Origin: Thermomicrobiales bacterium
Lineage (GTDB): Bacteria > Chloroflexota > Chloroflexia > Thermomicrobiales > UBA6265
Assembly: GCA_046328335.1 (NCBI GenBank)
Contig: JAXLWU010000007.1
Location: 4,094-68,093, forward strand
Reading direction: 5' to 3'
Length of the DNA stretch: 64,000 nucleotides
Shown here: positions 47,398-54,911 of the stretch, piece by piece
Layout of the letters: the number at the start of each line of letters is the position of its first letter
Position numbering within the stretch: position 1 is the first letter of the stretch
Translations under genes and position numbers: made by a program
The notes under the pieces: model-generated
Databases searched by the model: none
What the model was told of the DNA's origin: nothing
Seen by the model: only the letters and a program-made list of their open reading frames with translations

Positions 47398-49068
47398 TCA
47401 GGCGGGGATCTGCCCCCGTAGCCTGCCGAGCGCGTAGATTGTCGCGACTCCGCGCTCACGATAAACCGCTTCGTAGCGGTCGTCGAGATGGCGTTCCAGA
47501 TCGGGATGGTTCGCCAACCAGGGCAGCGCGGTGCCAGGCACCACCAGATACTCCGCGCCGCCGCCGCGCGAGGCTTCGAGTTCGGCGATCGCCGCGGCAC
47601 TGCTGATATCAGTGTAATCCGCGGTGACCGAATCGGTCGCCACCGGGAAGGGCGTGGCTGGTCTGGCGCCATGCACGAGGAATGCGTCATCGCCGTAGGT
47701 GGCAACGAGCAGGGTGGCATCTGGCGGAACGTTCGCCTCGACAATGCTCCGAATCTGAGCGACGAGACGGCGGTGGTAGATGGAGGCCGGCGCACCCGGC
47801 GCGTGCCGGCTGAGCACCGCGCCCAGCACGCCCATGATCTCCGCGTCGCGCTGCATCTGAATCGATTGGGTCGCCGTCAGCATCGCCCGCTGCTCCCGTT
47901 CGTAGAGCAAGGCGATTTCGAGTTCACGTTCGCGCGCGGAAAGGTCCTCCCGCAGCCCGGCCGATTCCCGCTCACGGGCCGTGAGTTGCTCACGCAAGGC
48001 GGCGATGGTCTGCTGCTGTTGGATGAGCAGGGCGTTCCGCTCGTTGACCTTGCTGTCGCGTTCAGCGACTTTCCCTTCGAGTTCGGCGCGAAATGATTCA
48101 TGCACCGCCAGCGCATTCTCCAGTTCACGAATGCGAGCGGTGAAATCGGCATTGTTGCGGCGAAGCGCCTCATTTTCGATCCGCAGCAAATCGACGCGGC
48201 CAAGACCCCTCACGACACTGTCGTTGGCCCGCGCGGGAAGCGACACCGAGGCATCGGTCAGGGCCTCCAGATCGGCTTGTCCTTCCCACCATTCGGCCTC
48301 GTCGCACAGTCGCCGATAGAGTTCGACCACCTCTCGGGGAAAATCGTGCTCGATGAGGTCGCGCAACGTGCGCTGATGATGGCGCAGCGCGGACACCGGC
48401 GCGGATTGCGTCTCGTCCACCGTGGGAGCCGGGGGACGACCCAGGCGAGACAATACCCGCTGCAATTCCGCCTCGGGGCGCAAGAACCAGGTATCGAAGT
48501 GGGTCACGATCCGATCGCTAGCAAGCGTATCGACGATGATCCGCTCCGCGTACGTTTGCCACAGGGTGAGACCCAGAGCGAGCGAGAATCCGTCCCGGCG
48601 ATGCAACGACGTCACGACTTCGAGGGGATTACGGACCACGACCAGCGTCTGTAGTGGGCCAATCGCCGAGCGCCAGAATGGAATGGTCAGGCTGTTGCGT
48701 GGATCTTTCCATCCCCACCATGCCGCTTCGCTCAGCGGAGCGGCATGGGACCTCGCTCGCTCGCGCAAGGGGTCGAGATTGGGATCCGTCCAGTCGAACC
48801 CTGCGGGAGGTGGGCAGTCCCAGCCCCCGCCGGCCATGTTCAGCAGTTCATCGTTGAGGCGGACGAGGCCGAGATGCTCGAAGAAGCCCTCCGGGTTTTC
48901 CGCGGCGGGAGGCATGAGGTCATCGAGATCACCAAGGTAGAGCCCGGCCTGCTGCAGAGCGCGCGCCACCATCGACGTTCCGGAACGGTGCATGCCGGCA
49001 ATGCACACGGGTGCGTCAGTGTGGCTCGAGCGTCCCGAGGCCACTTTCTCTGCCAATTGCTCCTGCAT
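47398..49068 (-). CDS. Family E sulfotransferase fused to a long coiled coil and a C-terminal domain
   Basis: ATG at 49066-49068 preceded by GGGGAG. ST domain aa 20-230 (VCIAGMHRSGTSMVARAL; VVVRNPLEVVTSL). Heptad-rich, charged region aa about 291-410 (47839..48198). C-terminal globular domain aa about 415-556. Confidence 0.7.
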   Translation of the reverse strand: MQEQLAEKVASGRSSHTDAPVCIAGMHRSGTSMVARALQQAGLYLGDLDDLMPPAAENPEGFFEHLGLVRLNDELLNMAGGGWDCPPPAGFDWTDPNLDPLRERARSHAAPLSEAAWWGWKDPRNSLTIPFWRSAIGPLQTLVVVRNPLEVVTSLHRRDGFSLALGLTLWQTYAERIIVDTLASDRIVTHFDTWFLRPEAELQRVLSRLGRPPAPTVDETQSAPVSALRHHQRTLRDLIEHDFPREVVELYRRLCDEAEWWEGQADLEALTDASVSLPARANDSVVRGLGRVDLLRIENEALRRNNADFTARIRELENALAVHESFRAELEGKVAERDSKVNERNALLIQQQQTIAALREQLTARERESAGLREDLSARERELEIALLYEREQRAMLTATQSIQMQRDAEIMGVLGAVLSRHAPGAPASIYHRRLVAQIRSIVEANVPPDATLLVATYGDDAFLVHGARPATPFPVATDSVTADYTDISSAAAIAELEASRGGGAEYLVVPGTALPWLANHPDLERHLDDRYEAVYRERGVATIYALGRLRGQIPA

Positions 49069-49084
49069 CGGTCTCCCCGCGACT

Positions 49085-50365
49085 TTACGTCTGATGGCCG
49101 CTGGCCGGCGTTGTCGCAACGGTTGCCTCCTCCGCGAAAGGCGAGATCCCTCCGCGCACGAGCCGATCGAGTTCCTCCGCGATGGCGTCGAGACCGCCAA
49201 ATGGCAGCGATGCTCCTCGCGTTGATGCGCATCCCAATTCGGCGTCGATCGCGCTCCAGAGCGACTGGGGGCTCAATGCCTCCGGGCGGAGTAGGGTTGC
49301 CAAACCCCGCCGGGCGAAACCCTCCGCCCGCAGCAATTGCTCCTCCGGGCCAGGTACGCGGGGAACGACAATGGGCCGCTTGCCAAAGTGGACTGCCTCG
49401 ACCAGCGAATTGTAGCCGCCCATACTGACTACCACGTCCGCCGCGCGGACCGCGGCGGCGAAATCGGGGTCGAAGCGGGTCAATTTCAGGTCCGCGATTC
49501 CCGTTGCCAGATCGGCGAGTTCCGCCTGTTGATCCTCGCTGAGCAGCGGCCCGGTGACAACGTACGCGGTGAGCGGTTTGCCCTTTCGCTCGCGCAAACC
49601 GGAGAGAAACGCTTTGAGCATGGTGCCGCCGTCGGCGCCGCCACCGGTAGAGACCACGACCAGCGGCTTGTCTTCCGCGCCGAGGCTTTGTCGAACGTCC
49701 ACGGCCGAGCGGCGCGGCGCTTCAGGCTCCAGATATCCGCAGAACCGGGTACGGGCCGCGGTCGTTTCTGACATGCCGTAAGCCGCCACCGGATCGAACA
49801 CGCCCCGATCGCCGTAGACGAGAATGCGGTCATACCACGACTCCAGCAACGGGTAGACCTCCTCGTTCGTCCAGATGTGGCGAGTCTGTTCCGGCCCGAA
49901 GGTCACGTCCCGCATCAGCAGCGCAAAGTAGGGGCGAAATCCACGGCACCGCATTGCGGAAAACGCGGGAGCGAGTTCCTGGAAGAGTCCATGGGGGGCG
50001 TGATCGACGACGATCAGGTGGGGATCGTACCCCTCGATTGCTGCCTGGGCGATAGCGGCGCGGAACCGGATGGTGCTGTTGTGGGCGCCGGTGAACCCTT
50101 CTGTTGGCGGGAGCGTGGCATAGATGTCGCGCTTTGGCATTGCCGGCATTTTGACGAAGTCGAGGTTGGCCGGGATGTCGAATGCTCCCGTCTGCAGGGA
50201 CCCTGTCAGAAGGAGGAGGCTGTCATCCGGCCGCCGTTGGGCATAGGCACGCGCCACACCAAGCGTGATGCGCAGGTGGCCGAGCCCGGTGCCGTCATGG
50301 CTGTAGAAGAGAATCCGGCGAGAAGTTGCCTCTGAAGTGGCCGCGTCGATTGTCGTCCGCTCCAC
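49085..50365 (-). CDS. GT-B glycosyltransferase, MurG/GT28-like (COG4671-like)
   Basis: GTG start. The N-terminus RILFYSHDGTGLGHLRITLGVARA and the C-terminal VVSMGGYNSLVEAVHFGKRPIVVPR resemble GT28 C-terminal-domain proteins. Confidence 0.65.
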   Translation of the reverse strand: MERTTIDAATSEATSRRILFYSHDGTGLGHLRITLGVARAYAQRRPDDSLLLLTGSLQTGAFDIPANLDFVKMPAMPKRDIYATLPPTEGFTGAHNSTIRFRAAIAQAAIEGYDPHLIVVDHAPHGLFQELAPAFSAMRCRGFRPYFALLMRDVTFGPEQTRHIWTNEEVYPLLESWYDRILVYGDRGVFDPVAAYGMSETTAARTRFCGYLEPEAPRRSAVDVRQSLGAEDKPLVVVSTGGGADGGTMLKAFLSGLRERKGKPLTAYVVTGPLLSEDQQAELADLATGIADLKLTRFDPDFAAAVRAADVVVSMGGYNSLVEAVHFGKRPIVVPRVPGPEEQLLRAEGFARRGLATLLRPEALSPQSLWSAIDAELGCASTRGASLPFGGLDAIAEELDRLVRGGISPFAEEATVATTPASGHQT

Positions 50366-50394
50366 CGATCACGCCGAGTACCAGAACACACAAT

Positions 50395-50415
50395 GGGGAG
50401 GGCATTGCCCTCCCC
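50395..50415 (-). terminator. Strong hairpin GGGGAGGGC-AAT-GCCCTCCCC followed by AUUGUGUGUU, between the small repeat-protein gene and the GT
   Basis: 9-bp perfect GC-rich stem seen directly. A second hairpin GCGGGG-TTTA-CCCCGC is at 50434..50449. Both lie in the 97-nt gap downstream of 50463..50723. Confidence 0.45.
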
Positions 50416-50462
50416 AGAGTTGGCTTGCTTGACGCGGGGTAAACCCCGCAAACAACGCCGCC

Positions 50463-50723
50463 TTAGCTAACGAAGGCGAGGTTGTAGCTGCCGCCGGAGG
50501 CGTCCGCGATCGCGGTGCCGCCATTGGCGGAGACGCTCAGGCTGGTCGAGTTGCCAACGCTGCCGCCGTCAACCCCAACCGAGCCGCCCCACGTGTCGCC
50601 AACGCCGATGGCGTTGCCGGCATTGCCGCCGCTGTTGACATCGCCGATAGCGACCGCGCCACCATTGGCGGAAGCGGTAGCGACGCCACCATTACCGGCA
50701 GAAGCGGTATCGATGTACTGCAT
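50463..50723 (-). CDS. 86-aa Gly/Asn/Ser/Ala-rich repeat protein, unknown function
   Basis: ORF 50463..50762 trimmed to the ATG at 50721-50723 (GGGAGGG 11 nt upstream). Product: MQYIDTASAGNGGVATASANGGAVAIGDVNSGGNAGNAIGVGDTWGGSVGVDGGSVGNSTSLSVSANGGTAIADASGGSYNLAFVS. No Cys, no obvious signal peptide or TM segment. First gene of the long minus-strand operon. Confidence 0.55.
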   Translation of the reverse strand: MQYIDTASAGNGGVATASANGGAVAIGDVNSGGNAGNAIGVGDTWGGSVGVDGGSVGNSTSLSVSANGGTAIADASGGSYNLAFVS

Positions 50724-50780
50724 AACGAAATGCCCTCCCTTGTGCCCACCTAGGCCACTCAACCCGACCCTTGGGCAGCA

Positions 50781-50805
50781 ATGTCAGCGAGTTCGCAGCT
50801 GACAT
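50781..50805. promoter_or_regulatory. Palindrome ATGTCAGC-N9-GCTGACAT upstream of the small repeat-protein gene
   Basis: Perfect 8-bp inverted arms, 58-82 nt upstream of the ATG at 50723. Could be an operator or a 5'-UTR stem-loop. Confidence 0.35.
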
Positions 50806-50920
50806 CCTTCCTGCGACCCACAAGCAAGGTACCACCGGTTGGGGGGCATGTCAATGGGGGTGTACGAAATCCGTCCTGGTTTTGGATGTATCGGCGGCAC
50901 GATTTCTGGCGTGAAACTCG

Positions 50921-51484
50921 TTATGCCGATTCATTCGGGAGTTTCGGCTCGAGGGGGACAAACGGGGCTATGCGCGCCGCGAAGCGGCGCAGCAATTCAT
51001 CGCGCGCGGCGATGATTTCCGAGTGCAGCGTCGGGTCGCCTTGCTCGAGTCTGGAATCGCGCAGTTCGTCCTCGTCGCGGACGGTGACCGAGCCATCCGG
51101 CAAGCCGACAAGGTCGATGTAGAGATCGTGCCACGTCAGGAGCGGCGGATTTTGATCAGGATCGAGGCGAGTGGGGTAGGTGACGTTGGCGTACCAACCA
51201 CGTAGTTCACCCTCTGGCGCATGGACGGCGAAGGCGTTGTACGGGGCCACCGGGGAGAACCATTCCAGCAGGACATCTCCAGGGCGGAACTGGAGCCCGT
51301 CCAATTCGACCGGGCGATGGGTCCACGTAGCCTGGACGACCACCCAGCCATCGTCGCGATGCGCGATAACGAGACCCGGGTATCTCGTCACCTCGTGACC
51401 CTCTGGCGCGACCTTGACGACATTGATCCTCGTACCGGACCGGATCCGCGCCCACTCCACGCGGCGAATGTCCGGCACCGTCAC
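50921..51484 (-). CDS. DUF402 (FomD/Ntdp-like) domain protein
   Basis: GTG at 51482-51484 overlaps the phosphohexomutase stop (GTGA). 187 aa. The blocks YANVTYP...DLYIDLVGLPDGSVTVRDEDEL are typical of DUF402. Confidence 0.65.
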   Translation of the reverse strand: MTVPDIRRVEWARIRSGTRINVVKVAPEGHEVTRYPGLVIAHRDDGWVVVQATWTHRPVELDGLQFRPGDVLLEWFSPVAPYNAFAVHAPEGELRGWYANVTYPTRLDPDQNPPLLTWHDLYIDLVGLPDGSVTVRDEDELRDSRLEQGDPTLHSEIIAARDELLRRFAARIAPFVPLEPKLPNESA

Positions 51485-52875
51485 GCTTCGCCCCGGATCA
51501 TCCCCAGTACCTCCGCGGTTTTCTCGTCCAGCAGTGCCTTCTGGTCGGCTTCGACGTTGAGCCTGAGGAGGGGTTGCGTGTTCGAGGAGCGGACGTTGAA
51601 CCACCAGTCCGGGAAGTTGACCGTGATGCCGTCGAGGTGATCGATCTCTGCTCCTTCGGCGCGATAATGCGCTTCGATACGGTGCATAACCGCGACCGGG
51701 TCGGTCACTTCGCTGTTGACTTCTCCAGAGCGGAACCGGTGATCGAGGGGGGCAATCACCTGCGACAGCGGAACGCCAGCCTCGGAGACCATCTCCAGCG
51801 CAAAGAGGAGCGCGGCCATGCCGCTGTCGGCGTACCAGTTGTCGCGGAAATAGAAATGTCCAGAGTGCTCACCGCCGAAGACGGCGTCCTCTTTGCGCAT
51901 CGTCTCCTTGATGTAGGAGTGGCCGACGCGCGAGCGGATGGGCCGCCCGCCGTGGTTGGTGATCGCTTCCGGTACCCCTCGCGAGCAAATCAGGTTGTAG
52001 ACGATCGCAGCGCCAGGATCGCGCGCCAGCATCCGGGTAGCGATGATGGCGGTCAGGATATCGCCCCCGACGAACTGTCCATGCTCATCGATGAGGAAGA
52101 CGCGATCGGCGTCGCCGTCAAACGCCGCGCCGAAATCGAGTCCGTTTTCGACGACCACTTTCCGCAATTCTGCGGTGTTTTCCGGTTCGATCGGGTTGGC
52201 CGGGTGGTTGGGAAACGTGCCATCCAGTACGAAGTACAACTCGGTCACCTGAACCGGCAGGTGCCGGAACACGCGGGGCACGGTGACGCCGGCCATGCCA
52301 TTGCCGGCGTCGATCGCGATGCGAAGAGGACGAATCTTGTCCCGGTCGATGAGACTCAGCATATGGTTCGCGTAACCATCGAGGATGTCTCGCTCGATAC
52401 GGCTCCCCCGCTCGGCCGGGGGGACGATCGGCGGCAGGGCATCGTTGACGATGAGATCGCGAATGGCGTCGAGTCCCTCGTCGAGTGACAACGCGCGCGC
52501 TTCTTCGCGGGCAATCTTGAATCCGTTGTATTCAGCGGGATTGTGGGAAGCGGTGACCATCACGCCGGCCGGATAGCCATACTTGCCGATGGCGAAGTAG
52601 AGCGCGTCGGTCGAGACCATGCCGATGTCGACCGCGTCGGCGCCCGCGTCTCGAATACCCTCGATCAGTGCCGCCGCCAGAGCCGGGCTGGAGACGCGCA
52701 TGTCGCGCCCGACCACGACCGAGTCCGGTTTGAGGGTCGCGACGAGACCACGCCCAATCGCGTAAGCAATGTCCGGGGTGAGTTCTTCCGGGACGATGCC
52801 GCGGACATCGTAGGCCTTGAACAGCGACGCGATGCGCCGCCGCGATTCCGGATTGAGCGCCGATTCAGCCGTCAT
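51481..52875 (-). CDS. Phosphomannomutase/phosphoglucomutase (alpha-D-phosphohexomutase)
   Basis: ORF 51481..53190 trimmed to the ATG at 52873-52875. Contains FKAYDVRGIVPEEL, the active-site TASHNPAEYNGFK, the Mg-binding FDGDADR and GGEHSGH. Confidence 0.88.
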   Translation of the reverse strand: MTAESALNPESRRRIASLFKAYDVRGIVPEELTPDIAYAIGRGLVATLKPDSVVVGRDMRVSSPALAAALIEGIRDAGADAVDIGMVSTDALYFAIGKYGYPAGVMVTASHNPAEYNGFKIAREEARALSLDEGLDAIRDLIVNDALPPIVPPAERGSRIERDILDGYANHMLSLIDRDKIRPLRIAIDAGNGMAGVTVPRVFRHLPVQVTELYFVLDGTFPNHPANPIEPENTAELRKVVVENGLDFGAAFDGDADRVFLIDEHGQFVGGDILTAIIATRMLARDPGAAIVYNLICSRGVPEAITNHGGRPIRSRVGHSYIKETMRKEDAVFGGEHSGHFYFRDNWYADSGMAALLFALEMVSEAGVPLSQVIAPLDHRFRSGEVNSEVTDPVAVMHRIEAHYRAEGAEIDHLDGITVNFPDWWFNVRSSNTQPLLRLNVEADQKALLDEKTAEVLGMIRGEA

Positions 52876-53036
52876 CGCCTCACGCCCGCTTCCGCGCTGG
52901 AAATCCCCGCGCCGCCAATCGAATACCGTCGCTGCATTCTGGCACAGCCGAATCGGGCATACCTGCCGGCCGTTCCCTTTGCTATACCCCGGCTGATCTA
53001 CCCGTACCGCCGCGTCGGTCAAGTACGCTGCGGACG

Positions 53037-54314
53037 ATGACGCGACGTGTGACCGGTAAACGCATTGTTCTTGCCACGTTCGGATCCCCCGGCGATCTCC
53101 GGCCGTTCCTCGCGATTGGGCGTGAACTCCACAACCGCGGTCATGACATCGTGGTAGCCACAAGCGCGATCTACCTCGACCGGGTGACATCCGCCGGGCT
53201 TGGTTTCGCCCCGGTGCGGCCGAATCGTCGTCCCGGTCAGCAGGATCCCGACTTTTTCGATCGCCTGCTGCGGGACCGGCAGCCGCCAGCAGCCATCTTC
53301 CGCGAGATGTTCCTGCCGTCCCTGCGTGATTCGCTCACCGACATGATCGCGGTGGCGCAGGGCGCGGACGGCATCGTCGCCCACACCCTGGCCGCGTCGG
53401 GCCGCCTCGCGGCGGACGTGACCGGCACCCCGTGGGTCTCGGCGGTCATGCAACCGATGGGCTATTTCTCCGCGTTCGAACCTCCGGTGATCGGGCCGCC
53501 GGGGATCATGGCCGTGCTCCGCCGGGCCGGCCCGGGACCGACGCGCCAGGTATTGCGCGTGGCACGCTGGGTGAGCGATGGCTGGGCCGGCGAATGGAGA
53601 GACCTGCGCGCGGAGCTGGACCTGCCGCCCAGTGACGACCATCCACTCTGGGAAGGGCAACATGCGCCGGCACGTTCGCTGGGGCTGTTTCCCCGCTTGC
53701 TGGGGCTGCCCCAGCCCGATTGGCCGGCTCAGGCTCGGGTCACCGGATACCCGTTTTTCGGCGCTCCGGGCGAAACGCTCGACCCTGATCTTGCGTCATT
53801 TCTGGCGGAGGGCGAGGCGCCGGTGGTCTTTACACTGGGAACGACCGCGGTCAACGATCCCGGCCCGTTCTACGACGTCAGTCTCGAGGCAGCGCGGACA
53901 TCGGGCAGGCGCGCGGTCCTCCTTGGCGTGAGCCGGGAGCAGATTGGCAGTCTGGGGGGCATCGTGTTCGCCGCGCCGTACGCCCCTCACCGCCTGCTCT
54001 TTCCCCACGCGGCAGCCATCGTCCATCAAGGGGGGATCGGTACACTATCGGAAGCGCTTCGCGCCGGGAAGCCGATGCTGATCATGCCGTATGCGCATGA
54101 TCAGGCGGACAATGCCTGGCGGGCCAGCAGATTGGGAGTGGCGTGCGTCTTGCCGCGATGGCGATACCGGCCGGCAGCGGTGCGACACGCCCTGGGGACG
54201 ATTATCGACGATGGCGCGACGGCGGCAGCATGCCAGGTCGTGGCCCGGCGGATGGCGCGAGAGTCGGGCGTGGAGCGCGCCGCGGACATGATCGAAAATG
54301 TGTTCGGTGGGTAA
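53037..54314 (+). CDS. GT1 (MGT/UDP-glycosyltransferase family) glycosyltransferase
   Basis: Contains RIVLATFGSPGDLRPFLAIGRELHNRGHDIVVAT and the C-terminal HQGGIGTLSEALRAGKPMLIMPYAHDQADNA donor-binding motif. Confidence 0.75.
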   Translation: MTRRVTGKRIVLATFGSPGDLRPFLAIGRELHNRGHDIVVATSAIYLDRVTSAGLGFAPVRPNRRPGQQDPDFFDRLLRDRQPPAAIFREMFLPSLRDSLTDMIAVAQGADGIVAHTLAASGRLAADVTGTPWVSAVMQPMGYFSAFEPPVIGPPGIMAVLRRAGPGPTRQVLRVARWVSDGWAGEWRDLRAELDLPPSDDHPLWEGQHAPARSLGLFPRLLGLPQPDWPAQARVTGYPFFGAPGETLDPDLASFLAEGEAPVVFTLGTTAVNDPGPFYDVSLEAARTSGRRAVLLGVSREQIGSLGGIVFAAPYAPHRLLFPHAAAIVHQGGIGTLSEALRAGKPMLIMPYAHDQADNAWRASRLGVACVLPRWRYRPAAVRHALGTIIDDGATAAACQVVARRMARESGVERAADMIENVFGG

Positions 54315-54332
54315 TGCGATTCTCATCGGGTC

Positions 54333-54341
54333 TGCTATTAT
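54333..54341 (+). promoter_or_regulatory. Candidate extended -10 element TGCTATTAT upstream of mreD
   Basis: TGn+TATTAT, 79 nt upstream of the ATG at 54420. Confidence 0.3.
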
Positions 54342-54419
54342 GGCAATGAATCGCTGGTGCCCCGCTGGCGGTCATCCGTCGCCACGAGGCGCGACGGTGG
54401 AGGGAAGGGGCCTGCCACG

Positions 54420-54911
54420 ATGACACGCCCGGTGTTCGGCCTCCTGCTGGTGGCCGCGGCGCTCCTGCAAACCGCCCTGCTGCCTCGCTGGCAACTTCTG
54501 GCGGTGGCGCCTGGTCTGGTCGTGGTTCTCATTCTCGCCTGGAGCGCGTTTCGCGGCGTTCCGGAAGCGCTCATCTGGGTCTTTTTTGCCGGTATGTTGC
54601 TCGATGTCCTGGGCATGGATCGGCTGGGGGCCAACGCGCTCGCTCTCTTACCGGTAGCATTGATTGGTGGCCTGTCACATGGCCGCTTCTTTCACAGCGC
54701 CCTGATCTTCCCCATGGTGCTGGCGATCGTGGCGACGTTTGTCTACGTCGCGGTATTGCTGGCCCTGCGGGGGATGCTGGGTGAAGGAGGAGATGCGGCG
54801 CAGGCTCTGGGCCGGGTCACGTTGCTCCAGGCATTGTTGAACGCGATCCTGGTGCCCCCGGTGTACGGCTTGCTCAGTTGGCTGCACCGAACTGAACCGG
54901 AGCGGGCGTAA
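54420..54911 (+). CDS. mreD: Rod shape-determining protein MreD
   Basis: ORF trimmed to the ATG at 54420. 163 aa with five hydrophobic segments. The block FFAGMLLDVLGMDRLGANAL is MreD-like. The stop overlaps the mrdA start (TAATG). Confidence 0.7.
   Translation: MTRPVFGLLLVAAALLQTALLPRWQLLAVAPGLVVVLILAWSAFRGVPEALIWVFFAGMLLDVLGMDRLGANALALLPVALIGGLSHGRFFHSALIFPMVLAIVATFVYVAVLLALRGMLGEGGDAAQALGRVTLLQALLNAILVPPVYGLLSWLHRTEPERA

Noticed and set aside
50463-50723. Reading the single N-S-T sequon in the small protein as evidence for N-glycosylation
   Set aside because: One sequon in an Asn/Ser/Thr-rich 86-aa sequence is expected by chance. No oligosaccharyltransferase (PglB/AglB-type) is present in the window. 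It is kept only as a remark.
50515-50802. Pro-rich 95-aa plus-strand ORF overlapping the small repeat-protein gene
   Set aside because: It has no SD. It runs against the orientation of the surrounding operon. Its Pro/Leu/Thr-rich translation is the expected antisense reading of a Gly/Ala/Asn-rich gene. The minus-strand frame has GGGAGGG plus ATG. The choice is still flagged for verification in the findings.
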